Assembly (NCBI GenBank): GCA_035317445.1
Contig: DATHGW010000153.1
Coordinates: 1 to 49,886, forward strand
Source of the DNA: Puia sp.
Lineage (GTDB): Bacteria; Bacteroidota; Bacteroidia; Chitinophagales; Chitinophagaceae
Length of the DNA stretch: 49,886 nucleotides
Direction of reading: 5' to 3'
In this document: positions 26,181 through 35,756 of the stretch, piece by piece
How positions within the stretch are numbered: position 1 is the stretch's first letter
Layout: every line of letters starts with the position of its first letter
Notes under the pieces: model-generated
What the model was told of the DNA's origin: nothing
What the model saw: the letters and a program-made list of their open reading frames with translations, nothing else
Databases searched by the model: none
Position numbers and translations under genes: made by a program

Positions 26181-27440
26181 TCATTTTGATTTACCAGATT
26201 TTTCTATGACTTCTTCAATTAAGTTATCATCCATATATGGCAGCAATGCCTTCTGCCAAAAATTTAACATCAAAGTGTTTGCAAAAAGTCCCGAGTACCG
26301 CCATTTTGATTCATATTTCTTAATGAACGATGCAGACCAGGGAAGTGAATCATTCATGCCTAACCAACCCCAGTTCATACTAGATTCATACTTTTCTATG
26401 AAGGCCTCAGTCCAATCTAATTTTCTATTCATACATAACGCAAACCATGACCACCTTTCGTGGTATTTTTCAAAAAAGGATTTAGACCAGGGAAGCCGTT
26501 CGTTGTAACCCAAATGAAACCAGCTTAATTTGTCTTTATATTTCTCAATTAATTCTTCAGACCAGATTATTGATTCATTGTTGCTTAGCCCTGAGCCTCC
26601 ACCTGTCAAACATTTCCATAAAGAAGGGATATCTTGGTATTTTTCGATCAAGTGGTCTGACCAATTAATGCTTGGATTGCTTCCAAGATAGTCCCATCTC
26701 CAATATGATTTGTATTTTTCTATAAGATCATCTGTCCAAATAATTCCCGTGTTGCGACTAATGCCGTCCCAAAAACCATTTTTGTTTGAATACGAACTAA
26801 TAAGTAAGTCCGACCGATTTATGTCCGAGTTTGCAGTAAGAGACTCCCAGTTCCAACTTTCGTGATATTTCTTGATGAAATCTATTGAACAAAAGAATTT
26901 TTTATTCCTGCTTAGCCCCTTCCAAAGTTCCGTTCTCTTAAAATTTATTTCGACAAATTCCTCAGTCCAGTCAATAGATTCATTTCCTCCTAAATCATTC
27001 CAATTCCATTGATCTGAATAATTTGATATAAATTTTTCAGACCAGGTAATATTTTCATTTTTACTTAAGCCTTTAAAAATATCTTTAAATGTTTTATACT
27101 TTTCTATAAGGCCTTGAGACAATCTAATATTCTTGCCTATTCCCAAAGATTCCCAATTCCATTTATTTTTATACTTGTCTATAAAATCCCCATTGAGATT
27201 AATGTTTTTATTACTTCCGATTCCGCCCCAATCCCATAAATCCTTATATTTTTCAATTAAGAAAATATTCAAGGGGTAAATTTTTGAAATTCGCGTTTTA
27301 AAAAAGCCCGGATGGCTAACAAATAAGTCAACTATTATTTTCCGTTCATTTAAGGATAGTAATTTATTTGTTATAGTAATTGCATTCCCAACATGCTTAA
27401 CTAAGCCACCCTCATATTTTATTAAATTGTTTTCCTCCAT
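26181..27440 (-). CDS. Trp-rich ~25-aa repeat protein with the shared N-terminal leader
   Basis: About 13 repeats of [FL]IEKYxxxWxWxxLxxNxxIxWS; N-terminus MEENNLIKYEGGLVKHVGNAITITNKLLSL. Confidence 0.85.
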   Translation of the reverse strand: MEENNLIKYEGGLVKHVGNAITITNKLLSLNERKIIVDLFVSHPGFFKTRISKIYPLNIFLIEKYKDLWDWGGIGSNKNINLNGDFIDKYKNKWNWESLGIGKNIRLSQGLIEKYKTFKDIFKGLSKNENITWSEKFISNYSDQWNWNDLGGNESIDWTEEFVEINFKRTELWKGLSRNKKFFCSIDFIKKYHESWNWESLTANSDINRSDLLISSYSNKNGFWDGISRNTGIIWTDDLIEKYKSYWRWDYLGSNPSINWSDHLIEKYQDIPSLWKCLTGGGSGLSNNESIIWSEELIEKYKDKLSWFHLGYNERLPWSKSFFEKYHERWSWFALCMNRKLDWTEAFIEKYESSMNWGWLGMNDSLPWSASFIKKYESKWRYSGLFANTLMLNFWQKALLPYMDDNLIEEVIEKSGKSK

Positions 27441-27571
27441 TTTTCACCCGGTCTTATTTTATTTTGTTCTTAATATGTGATTGGAAAAGGCAGATAATTT
27501 GTTAGACTAATTTCAATAACTTCTAATAATTATTGTAAAGTTGTGTTGAATACTGCTTTTCAACAAACGGG

Positions 27572-28759
27572 TTAGTCCTCCCAATACTCCACACCTTGAC
27601 TGTTAATATAGAAACCAACATACCGATCCACAACCCTTACTTTGCATAACCCTTCAGAAAATTTGTACTCATTTTTGGAATCCTCCACATAAATACAAGG
27701 GATCTTCAAATCTCCTTGCCTATTTATGAAACCCCACCTGCCATGTAATCTTACTGCAGCCAACCCTTCTGAAAAATCACATAATGACTCATAAATTAAG
27801 GGGATGGCTACATTTCCAAGTTTATCAATAAATCCCCACAAACCTTTAACTTTTACACGTGCCAGACCCTCTGAAAATCCTATTGCCAGATCATATATGC
27901 ACGGAATAACTAAATTCCCTTGCTTATCAATAAATCCGTATCTATTTGATGATTTAACAGATGCTAATCCTTCTGAAAATATAGAGTGCCAAGGGTGATA
28001 CAGGTCAGTATCTGGAATTGCAATGTGACCTGTTTTATCAATAAAGACCCACCTCCACCTCCACTTGGGATCATCATTGAATTGAACTGATGCTAGTCCT
28101 TCCGAAAAGATAGTTGCTGATAGGTAAATTTGTGGGATAACATTATCACCTTGCGAGTTAATATATCCCCATTTATTATCATCTAACTCTACGGCTGCAA
28201 ATCCTTCTGAGAAATCCCTCGCATAACTATAAATAGCAGCCTTTATAATATCTCCTTGATTATTAACAAAGCCATATAATGAATATGTAGCAGATCCTGC
28301 CTGATAAGAAACATTATGTTCATTGCTAAACCTTGCTAAACCATCACAGAAGCTAAATATTTCATCACAATCTGAAAAGATAACGTCTCCTCGTTTGTCA
28401 ATAAATCCGCTTCTCCCAGGACCAAAAGGCGCCGAATTAAATTTTGCAATACCATTTGAAAAGCTTTCCGCTTTTCCAAATTTGAAGGGAAAGACAACAT
28501 TTCCCTTTTCGTCAATGAAGCCAAAAAAACCGTCACCATTACGGACTGGCGCCAATCCTTCAGAAAACCTCTTTGCCTCAAAATAAATACAATCAATAAC
28601 AATCTTTTTATCGGCGGTACAAAATCCCCATTTATCTTTTTTCCGATAAGGTATTAATTTTTGGTCCCCTAACTCCAATAATTTGTTTGCAATGTTTATA
28701 ACGTTTCCTACTCTTTTAACTAGATTGCTTTGATATTTTACTAATTCATTCTCTTCCAT
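27572..28759 (-). CDS. WG-repeat protein with the shared N-terminal leader
   Basis: Repeats FSEGLAxV...WGFIDKxGxxxIPxxY; N-terminus MEENELVKYQSNLVKRVGNVINIANKLLEL; ends GVEYWED. Confidence 0.9.
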   Translation of the reverse strand: MEENELVKYQSNLVKRVGNVINIANKLLELGDQKLIPYRKKDKWGFCTADKKIVIDCIYFEAKRFSEGLAPVRNGDGFFGFIDEKGNVVFPFKFGKAESFSNGIAKFNSAPFGPGRSGFIDKRGDVIFSDCDEIFSFCDGLARFSNEHNVSYQAGSATYSLYGFVNNQGDIIKAAIYSYARDFSEGFAAVELDDNKWGYINSQGDNVIPQIYLSATIFSEGLASVQFNDDPKWRWRWVFIDKTGHIAIPDTDLYHPWHSIFSEGLASVKSSNRYGFIDKQGNLVIPCIYDLAIGFSEGLARVKVKGLWGFIDKLGNVAIPLIYESLCDFSEGLAAVRLHGRWGFINRQGDLKIPCIYVEDSKNEYKFSEGLCKVRVVDRYVGFYINSQGVEYWED

Positions 28760-28813
28760 ATTCTAAATTAAATCTCTGATGCATATTGAACGCAACTATT
28801 AAGATATTATAGG

Positions 28814-29842
28814 TTAATCTTCCCAATATTGAACGCCTTCTCTATTGATATAACCATTATTTTCATTCATTGCAACACTTGCAATGCCATTAGCAAATGC
28901 ACCAACTTCATTATAAATAAATGGAACAATTTCATTACCCTTCGTATCAATAAATCCCCAATATTCGGTTCTTAAAACTCCTGCTAATCCATCAAAAAAA
29001 GGATGAACCTCATCATAAATGCAGGGAATAATTTGATGCCCATTTTTGTCTATAAAACCCCATTTTCCATTTAATTTAACATCAATTAATTCATTGGAAA
29101 ATCCAATTTCTTTGTTATCGATACACTCATACGGGGTCTTATTTATTGGTTCACCATCCTTGTCAACGATAAAATATTTATTGCCTGACTTAATTATCTT
29201 TGGGTAAATTGATTTTGCAGTTTCATGAGTTAGGCTATCAAGTTCTTCCAAAGAATTAATCTCCACAGGAACAATTGTTTTACCTGTTTTGTCAATAGTA
29301 CCCCATGCCTTTCCAATTCTAACATAAGAAAAGCCGTTATTAAAGCTATGAACGTTGTCATAAATAATTGGAATGATAACATTACCGTCCTTACCTATAA
29401 AGCCATATTTACCATTCCTTTGCACTCTGGCTAACCCCTCTGAAAATGAAGAAGAACCACCATAACCAAAAGGGATAACAACTTCGGATTTATTATTAAT
29501 AAAACCCCATTTCCCATCTTTCCTAACATTTGCTAATCCTTCTGAAAAAGAATTAATTCTAGTTTCATAAATACAAGGGATATTCAAATTACCATTCTTA
29601 TCAATAAGTCCCCATTTCCAAAATAGTCTAACATTAGCAAATTCATTGTTAAATGGTTCAGTTTCATCATATACACAATCAAGAACTATCTTTTTATCAG
29701 GTGTACAAAAACCCCACTTATTCTTTTTTCGATAAGGAATTAGTTGAAACTCAGTTAAAGCAAGTAATTTATTAGTTACAGCAATTGCATTGCCAACTTT
29801 CTGCAGTTGCCCAGCTTCATATTTTATAAGTTTAATTTCCAT
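28814..29842 (-). CDS. WG-repeat protein with the shared N-terminal leader
   Basis: Same WG repeats; start ATG 29842 MEIKLIKYEAGQLQKVGNAIAVTNKLLAL overlaps the J-protein stop; ends GVQYWED. Confidence 0.9.
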   Translation of the reverse strand: MEIKLIKYEAGQLQKVGNAIAVTNKLLALTEFQLIPYRKKNKWGFCTPDKKIVLDCVYDETEPFNNEFANVRLFWKWGLIDKNGNLNIPCIYETRINSFSEGLANVRKDGKWGFINNKSEVVIPFGYGGSSSFSEGLARVQRNGKYGFIGKDGNVIIPIIYDNVHSFNNGFSYVRIGKAWGTIDKTGKTIVPVEINSLEELDSLTHETAKSIYPKIIKSGNKYFIVDKDGEPINKTPYECIDNKEIGFSNELIDVKLNGKWGFIDKNGHQIIPCIYDEVHPFFDGLAGVLRTEYWGFIDTKGNEIVPFIYNEVGAFANGIASVAMNENNGYINREGVQYWED

Positions 29843-30734
29843 CACCTTCAAACTCATTTAATTGTGCTCTCAATTTTTCTTTTGTGGAAGAAAAGTAATC
29901 ATCCCAACTTTCAATATTGCTGATAGTTTTATAGGCCTGGCTTTCTTTAATTGTTTCTAATTGTTCCTTTAGTTCTTTAATCCTTAAACGCATTTTTTCA
30001 ATTTCAACTTTCAATAATTGCTTTTCGTTAATAGCTTCCGACTTATTTACAAAGAAATTTCCGGTTACGAGGTTTGCCAGAATTTCAGAGACTTTTATTA
30101 GATCATTTTTTTCGTACGCGGCATTGAGTTCTGCAAACAATCTATCTGCTAATTCTTTTTGGTCTTCATTTACCACATCTGGGTGACATAGCTTGCTAGC
30201 TTTTCGGTATTTCTGTTTTAATTCATTTTTTTCTTCATCAGAAAGCTCAATGATAGATTCTGTTTTGCCTATTTCATATTGATCGTTATATTCATTATAT
30301 TCTTTTTCAGTCTCCTTTTGTTGTGGTGTACCCTTTGCTTTTTCTTTACGATGATACAAAATTTTATTTAGTAGTTCTCCTAATTCCTGGTTATGCTTTA
30401 CTCCAAACTCATGAATGAGCTTTTCAATATCAGCTTTCTCGTTGGACAATTTATTTAATTCTGCTTCCAATGATTTTACTTCAAGCTTTAATCCTTGTAT
30501 TTCAGGATTAGTATAATATTGTAGTTGATTGAATTTGTTTATATAAGTTTCTATAGCTATCATCGCTTTACTATAACTTTTATCTTCTAGTAGCGTCAAA
30601 ATAATTTCCAGATCCTGATCCAATTCAAATTCTTTAATCCTGGAAATATGTGTCACAATACCATTTTCTTCTTCTAAGAGAACTAAGTTTTTTATCAGCT
30701 CCAAGCGTTTAATGATCTTTGACTGGTCTATCAT
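29832..30734 (-). CDS. Coiled-coil protein with internal J domain
   Basis: ELKQKYRKASKLCHPD...LFAELNAAY, flanked by heptad-rich segments on both sides. Confidence 0.88.
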   Translation of the reverse strand: MIDQSKIIKRLELIKNLVLLEEENGIVTHISRIKEFELDQDLEIILTLLEDKSYSKAMIAIETYINKFNQLQYYTNPEIQGLKLEVKSLEAELNKLSNEKADIEKLIHEFGVKHNQELGELLNKILYHRKEKAKGTPQQKETEKEYNEYNDQYEIGKTESIIELSDEEKNELKQKYRKASKLCHPDVVNEDQKELADRLFAELNAAYEKNDLIKVSEILANLVTGNFFVNKSEAINEKQLLKVEIEKMRLRIKELKEQLETIKESQAYKTISNIESWDDYFSSTKEKLRAQLNEFEGDGN

Positions 30735-30877
30735 TGTTCATTTTTTAGTAATTGGCACCTATGGCTATTTTTTGATCTTGAATAGCAAATGCAACGTTTA
30801 TATTTTAGCGTTTTACGAAGGGAACGAAATATGAGCGAATATGAAAGTTTATCAATGGGTGCAATAGTAACGCTACA

Positions 30878-31240
30878 TTAGGGTTTTTTTCTCCGGATAA
30901 AAAGGATTGTTAGATCGTACACTGTCCAGACTAGCAGTCCTATTGCAATAATCAAGTCGATCTGATTCCACACTGTTCGAGTAAAGTGAATTCGGAAAAT
31001 AGGATTGAAAAGAATAGCACAACCTATTAAGACAAACCCGAAAATAAATGTCTTTTTCTTGAATTGTTCATATGCGAAATATCCCAAGCTTAGACAGCCC
31101 ATAAGTCTAATAAATTGATAGTACCCATAAGGCATTTTCAAAAGGCACAGTAAAAGTAAAAGTGCCAGGGAACTTCTAAGAAAGATGGTTGGTTGGGCGT
31201 TCATTTGGCTAACAGGTCTAAGTGGTTGTCTGGTTTCCAA
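30878..31240 (-). CDS. Small membrane protein (DUF6804-like)
   Basis: MPYGYYQFIRL, ILFNPIFRIHFTRTVWNQIDL; about four hydrophobic segments. Start may be 31204. Confidence 0.75.
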   Translation of the reverse strand: METRQPLRPVSQMNAQPTIFLRSSLALLLLLCLLKMPYGYYQFIRLMGCLSLGYFAYEQFKKKTFIFGFVLIGCAILFNPIFRIHFTRTVWNQIDLIIAIGLLVWTVYDLTILFIRRKKP

Positions 31241-31645
31241 AGTTAAAGTAATGGAAGTTTTGTTTTATTAATGAATATTTATCAAATATTTCAATTCTGA
31301 TTTAGGTATCTGATCTGTCGATATATCCGGTTAAAATAGGTAGATTTAAGGAAGGAGATCGACTTAATGAACAATGAAATGGCAACAAAAGCCGAAGCTA
31401 AAAGCCATCATCATTTAGAGCCAAATTCAGTAACATCGATGGTCTCAAATACCCATTATTTCATTTGTAGATCAGCGTTTCAAGCCCCTAGAATAGGTAA
31501 GTTGTAAGTTATATTGTGCAAGGCGATGTAAGATATAAAGTTACTTATATTGCTTCTTTTATTAAGAACATGTGCACTGGGCTTTACATCGAATGCTGAT
31601 GAAGGTTTAAAAATTTCAGTTCTGGCGGATTATTCCATTTGGATG

Positions 31646-32020
31646 CTAATTCAATCCTCCCACACAATTGAATTTTAAAAGCAATTTTTCTTCCTGACCT
31701 AAAATGAGAAAAAGATATGAATTTGTTCCTATAACAAGATCCTTAAACAATGATTGAATTTCGGAAATCGGAATCGGCATGTCTGAGTTAAGATAAATCA
31801 AGATATGACCAGTTATTTTACCTTTCGTCCTATTAAGCTCTGAAGCATAGTAAATAGAGGCAGTGAACTTGGGAAATTTTATCTCAACAACCTCTTCTCC
31901 TAAATAAACGACATCAAAACACTCTTGTACTATATGCAAAAAGTCTTGAGTGTCCCCCCAAATGTAATTTTTAAGTGATAGAATGCTGTTCTTTGATAAT
32001 ACCAGAAAGGAGTTTTCCAT
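31646..32020 (-). CDS. Hypothetical protein
   Basis: 124-aa ATG ORF, 34 nt downstream of the DUF262 gene, same strand. Confidence 0.55.
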   Translation of the reverse strand: MENSFLVLSKNSILSLKNYIWGDTQDFLHIVQECFDVVYLGEEVVEIKFPKFTASIYYASELNRTKGKITGHILIYLNSDMPIPISEIQSLFKDLVIGTNSYLFLILGQEEKLLLKFNCVGGLN

Positions 32021-32054
32021 TTTTAGAATCAGGATGACTTAATACAAGTCAATC

Positions 32055-33848
32055 TTACCAAATTTTCATAATGTCATTAGCTAAACTGGAAGTTCTTTGA
32101 TTTATCTTTACTTCGTTCCAAACTTTGTCATCATTGTCATAGTTGTCTAATATGTCGAACTTTGTAATGCCTAAATCAGCATAATGTCTTATTCCCCTTT
32201 TTCTTCCTTCTCCTTCTATTTTCTTGGTGAATTCATAATTTCGAAGAGAAGTGTTTAACGAACTGTTCAACAATGTCATATTGCCAATAGAGTAGATCTT
32301 AGAATACCTTTCTTTTTTAGCAGCTTCCCTATCAATGATAATATTCGAATTCATATCGTATACATCCACGTTACTCCAATATTCTTCCCATTTCTGGGGC
32401 ATCAAGTGTTCCAACGAGTAGTTATATTTCAATTCTTTTACAGACTGTTTGCTGTCTTGGGATCTTCGGTACAGCTCAACCCAAAAAAGTAAAAGATTTG
32501 CATTTTTGTTTGAAATGTTTGAAAGTCCATTAATTATGTCATTATCAGATTGTTCGGCCAATTTTTGATCAATTGCTGCATTCTTGTTAATAAACTCCTT
32601 ACACATTTTATTGTAGCTCTTTGTTTCAGATTTTGTAATCATTCTATTTATTATCAATGATTCTACTTTATGAAGCTCTTCATTAAGTTTGATTTCATTA
32701 TTGTCATATTTATAAAATAATGATAAGATATATGGATGAAAGGTTGAAATCTCATTAACGCTTAAAATATGGAACAGCCTTGAGTAATTATCTTGATAAT
32801 TAAATAATGTACTACTATTAAAAACAAGTATTTTATCCCTGAATAATTTTGCATATTTAGAAATCTCAAGTATAAACGATTTCAAATTATCCTTTGTAAT
32901 TTTCGCTATGTAAATCTTATACAAATTCGATAAGTCAGAAAGTGTGTTTTTATCAGGATCGAAAAAGCCTTTTATGACTGATATTGAATGTAAGAGTATT
33001 TCGATGTTATCCCTCATTAATCTTCCCGTAGCTCTCGGTGTATCCCAAAATATTTCAGCATCATCATCAACTGAAAAAATGCCTTCCCAATTTTCCTTAT
33101 ACAATGTTTCTACGTCCTCCTGCTTATCAAATAGGTCTAATGCCTTTTGAAAAAGTGCGTTTTTAATTATATCAGCACTGCTTAACCTGACACCTGCGCT
33201 ATTAATAGTATCAAAAATTGCTTGCTCATCCTCCTTTTCAGACAAGTCAATCATTACTAATATCTTGTTCTCCTGATCTAAGAGCCTATTAAATAAGTCC
33301 AACCTATAGTCTAAAGCAATATCCTGCATTTTTTCAGTAAAATATTTGAAACACTGCATGACTCTGTTTGACTTTGAAGTTGTTTTTGTTGTTGGATTTT
33401 CAACTGATATCGCATCATATTCTGCCTCTGAAATTTCATTCTTTATTACATTTTGAAAATATTTCTTATCTATTTTGGAATGCGATATTTTTACAAAATA
33501 TTCTTTGTCTGTTGTGTTTTGCTTATAGAAAAGATAGTTATGAAGTGATGCCTCACAATTTATCTTTATCTCCTTGTCAAAACTATTGAATAAAGCTCTT
33601 AGCAAAATGCTCAGCGTTGTGAGCCTTTGCTGTCCATCAATAACTAAGACTTCTTTTGGTTTTCCTGTCTGCCTTTCCAGTTGCTTTAATATTAAGGATC
33701 CTAAGAAGTGACTTTTTTGAAAGTCCAATAAATCACTTAAAATATCTTCCCAATTTTCAATGGTCCAAACATATCCTCGTTGAAAGAATGGAATCCTAAC
33801 TTGCCCTTCATTACCTAAGAAAGTCAACGACATTGCTTCTGCTTTCAT
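32055..33848 (-). CDS. DUF262 + DUF1524 (GmrSD-family) modification-dependent nuclease
   Basis: IPFFQRGYVW, IDGQQRLTT, IFDTINSAG, SLEHLMPQ, IGNMTLL..LN. Confidence 0.9.
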   Translation of the reverse strand: MKAEAMSLTFLGNEGQVRIPFFQRGYVWTIENWEDILSDLLDFQKSHFLGSLILKQLERQTGKPKEVLVIDGQQRLTTLSILLRALFNSFDKEIKINCEASLHNYLFYKQNTTDKEYFVKISHSKIDKKYFQNVIKNEISEAEYDAISVENPTTKTTSKSNRVMQCFKYFTEKMQDIALDYRLDLFNRLLDQENKILVMIDLSEKEDEQAIFDTINSAGVRLSSADIIKNALFQKALDLFDKQEDVETLYKENWEGIFSVDDDAEIFWDTPRATGRLMRDNIEILLHSISVIKGFFDPDKNTLSDLSNLYKIYIAKITKDNLKSFILEISKYAKLFRDKILVFNSSTLFNYQDNYSRLFHILSVNEISTFHPYILSLFYKYDNNEIKLNEELHKVESLIINRMITKSETKSYNKMCKEFINKNAAIDQKLAEQSDNDIINGLSNISNKNANLLLFWVELYRRSQDSKQSVKELKYNYSLEHLMPQKWEEYWSNVDVYDMNSNIIIDREAAKKERYSKIYSIGNMTLLNSSLNTSLRNYEFTKKIEGEGRKRGIRHYADLGITKFDILDNYDNDDKVWNEVKINQRTSSLANDIMKIW

Positions 33849-33989
33849 CTCATTTTAATTTTTTCTTCCGAATTGCTGTCAATAAAGATAGTGAACGAGA
33901 ATCACATTTATTTGATTATTACTCCTGTATCGGAATGATAATATGTTTTATTAAAAAGTTCTAGCTGTACTAGGGTTAGAAAGGAACCT

Positions 33990-35333
33990 TCATGCATCTT
34001 TTTTGAAGTCATCAAGTATTTTGGCAAACTCCTTCTTCTGTTCGTTCTCGAAACCGGCTAGATAGTTTTCGGTTGTTTTCAAGCTGGTGTGTCCCAAAGA
34101 CTCTTTTATATAATGGGGAGATATCCCAGCATTTTTCATTAAGGTCGATGCTGAGTGACGTGTTTCCATCGTTCTTACTTTTTTTTCTATTGACGCTTGG
34201 TCGCTTACTTTTGCCATGTTTTTGTTTATGAACTTGATAAAATTCTGTTTGAGCTCAAACTCCCGGATAGGGGAAAGCCCTGGAGTAAGTATTGGAAAAA
34301 TATAATTCTCGGGTACCTTATCTTTATTGCCCCATTTTTCAATGATACCCTTCATATCTTCATTAATAAAACAGGAAATAACTATTGGTTCACCTCCCCT
34401 GGTAGTCAGCGTTGTTTTGGCCCGTTCAAAAACGAGGAATTCTCCTTTGATATTTTTGTATTTGAGATATAAAATGTCTTTCACGTTCATACCATTTCCG
34501 TAGAAGCTGAAAAACCAAAAGTCTCTGGCCTTCTGCTGGTTCTCATTTTCTATCCTTGAATAGTATAGTTTTGAAATAATGGTCTTGTCTAAGGCTTTTT
34601 TGATATTTCGACCAGTAGGAATGTTATAGCGTCGTCTGCCGAAAGGATAATCTTCTCGGTTCATCAATTTTGATTCGATCGCTTCATTTACAATCGCTCT
34701 AGTCGCCCGGGTATATATCCCAACCGTTGTTCTGGTGTTTCCCTGGATATTTATCATCCAGCCTTCATATTCCTTCAAAAATTGCGGTGTGATTGCTGAA
34801 ACCCGGACATTTCCCCTGAATGATTTGAGCGAATTGTAACTTAATTGGTAGGAACGGGCGGAGCCAATTCGCCCCTGATAAAGGAGGCTTCGAATTACAC
34901 TATGATAGACTACCGAGATATAATCAGCGTTTATCGAGGGCTCACTAAAGATGCTGAATTTCTTCTTCCATTCATCTGGAATATCATTTGCAGACGTTTG
35001 GAGCTTCGAAGCGGTTGTAGTGGATTTTGCTCGTTTGCGAAAATAAATATTGTTGCCGACGAAAGCTTTGCGGAACTCACCAAAATCAAAGGGTACTATT
35101 TTGTTCGCTGCAACCTTTGCTTGTAGCACTATACGGTTGACTTTTTCCCTGATTTCAGAAAGGGAATCGCTAACTCTTTTTGCGCCCAATTTCTCATAGT
35201 CAGCTTTGGAAAGATCATAGATTAGCGGATGCAAAACGGCTTTGCCGTTAAAATAAACTCTCAATTTAATTGGATACAAACCTTTCCTTTTTTCCCGGCG
35301 TGTGTCCTGCAGAATAGATACCTGTGCTTCCAT
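33990..35333 (-). CDS. Tyrosine integrase (Bacteroidota type; arm-binding, SAM-like and catalytic domains)
   Basis: DTRREK...YPIKLRV, FERAKT, RHSAST, LGHTSLKTTENY. Start ATG 35333. Confidence 0.92.
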   Translation of the reverse strand: MEAQVSILQDTRREKRKGLYPIKLRVYFNGKAVLHPLIYDLSKADYEKLGAKRVSDSLSEIREKVNRIVLQAKVAANKIVPFDFGEFRKAFVGNNIYFRKRAKSTTTASKLQTSANDIPDEWKKKFSIFSEPSINADYISVVYHSVIRSLLYQGRIGSARSYQLSYNSLKSFRGNVRVSAITPQFLKEYEGWMINIQGNTRTTVGIYTRATRAIVNEAIESKLMNREDYPFGRRRYNIPTGRNIKKALDKTIISKLYYSRIENENQQKARDFWFFSFYGNGMNVKDILYLKYKNIKGEFLVFERAKTTLTTRGGEPIVISCFINEDMKGIIEKWGNKDKVPENYIFPILTPGLSPIREFELKQNFIKFINKNMAKVSDQASIEKKVRTMETRHSASTLMKNAGISPHYIKESLGHTSLKTTENYLAGFENEQKKEFAKILDDFKKDA

Positions 35334-35371
35334 AAATTGTACATTTTCCTCTTCACTAATTGGTCTTCGAC

Positions 35372-35394
35372 ATTTGCACAAATATTTGCACAAA
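35372..35394. repeat. Tandem 11-bp direct repeat, probable integrase arm-type sites
   Basis: ATTTGCACAAA at 35372-35382 and 35384-35394, 38 nt upstream of the integrase ATG. Confidence 0.65.
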
Positions 35395-35697
35395 AACACT
35401 TGCTAAACGAAAAACAGAATCATAAACCAATAATAAGAAAAAATCGCAAATTTCTGATTAACAGCCATTTAGTTAAAAATGAGAAAATCAAGGCAAAAAA
35501 AGCTTTAAAGGCTATTTCTTCTCACTTAAATAACCCTCACTTGTACCTGGTTTAATCCTTGTTGTGAAACTGACTGAGTCTAAATGTTTGTTAATAATAG
35601 ATTTGGAAGACAAAACAAGATTTCAATGGAGAGTAAAATCTCTATCCAAATACTAAAATCGATTCAACTTGATAAGAACAAGCCAATTAATTTCGCA

Positions 35698-35756
35698 GAT
35701 TCGTAATCAGCAGGTCGCGGGTTCGAATCCCGTGGGAGGCTCTTTGAAGATCAGGA
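35698..35756 (+). repeat. tRNA-Thr(CGT) 3'-half direct repeat, copy 1 (att site)
   Basis: GATTCGTAATCAGCAGGTCGCGGGTTCGAATCCCGTGGGAGGCTC+TTTGAAGATCAGGA; anticodon loop TTCGTAA and intact T-arm; no D-arm or 5' half. Confidence 0.85.

Larger units (their letters stand above)
1..35756. mobile_element. Right-hand part of a Bacteroidota ICE/IME (leading region, mobilisation module, defence cargo, integrase); left end is outside the window
   Basis: ssb/parB/radC, toprim, oriT-like hairpins, MobA-relaxase-coupling protein, and a tyrosine integrase beside tandem repeats and a tRNA 3' fragment. Right boundary is uncertain (about 35555 or 35756). No tra/T4SS genes in the window. Confidence 0.8.

Noticed and set aside
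27441-27571. Possible remnant of a fourth cassette (minus frame ...KAVF...LLEVIEISLTNYL)
   Set aside because: Resemblance to the leader or the repeat-protein tail is too short and AT-biased; a GTTGAA/TTCAAC hairpin explains part of it.
26181-29842. Diversity-generating retroelement or shufflon behind the repeat genes
   Set aside because: No reverse transcriptase, adjacent invertase, near-identical TR/VR pair or inverted cassettes are visible; similarity is at protein level.
31245-31640. Possible pseudogene or ncRNA in a 400-nt gap
   Set aside because: The frame examined is broken by stops with no recognisable motif, and no convincing structure was seen.
35229-35555. 108-aa plus-strand ORF as a real gene
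   Set aside because: Overlaps the integrase start antisense and runs through arm repeats and AT-rich att sequence; only its last codons may be meaningful.
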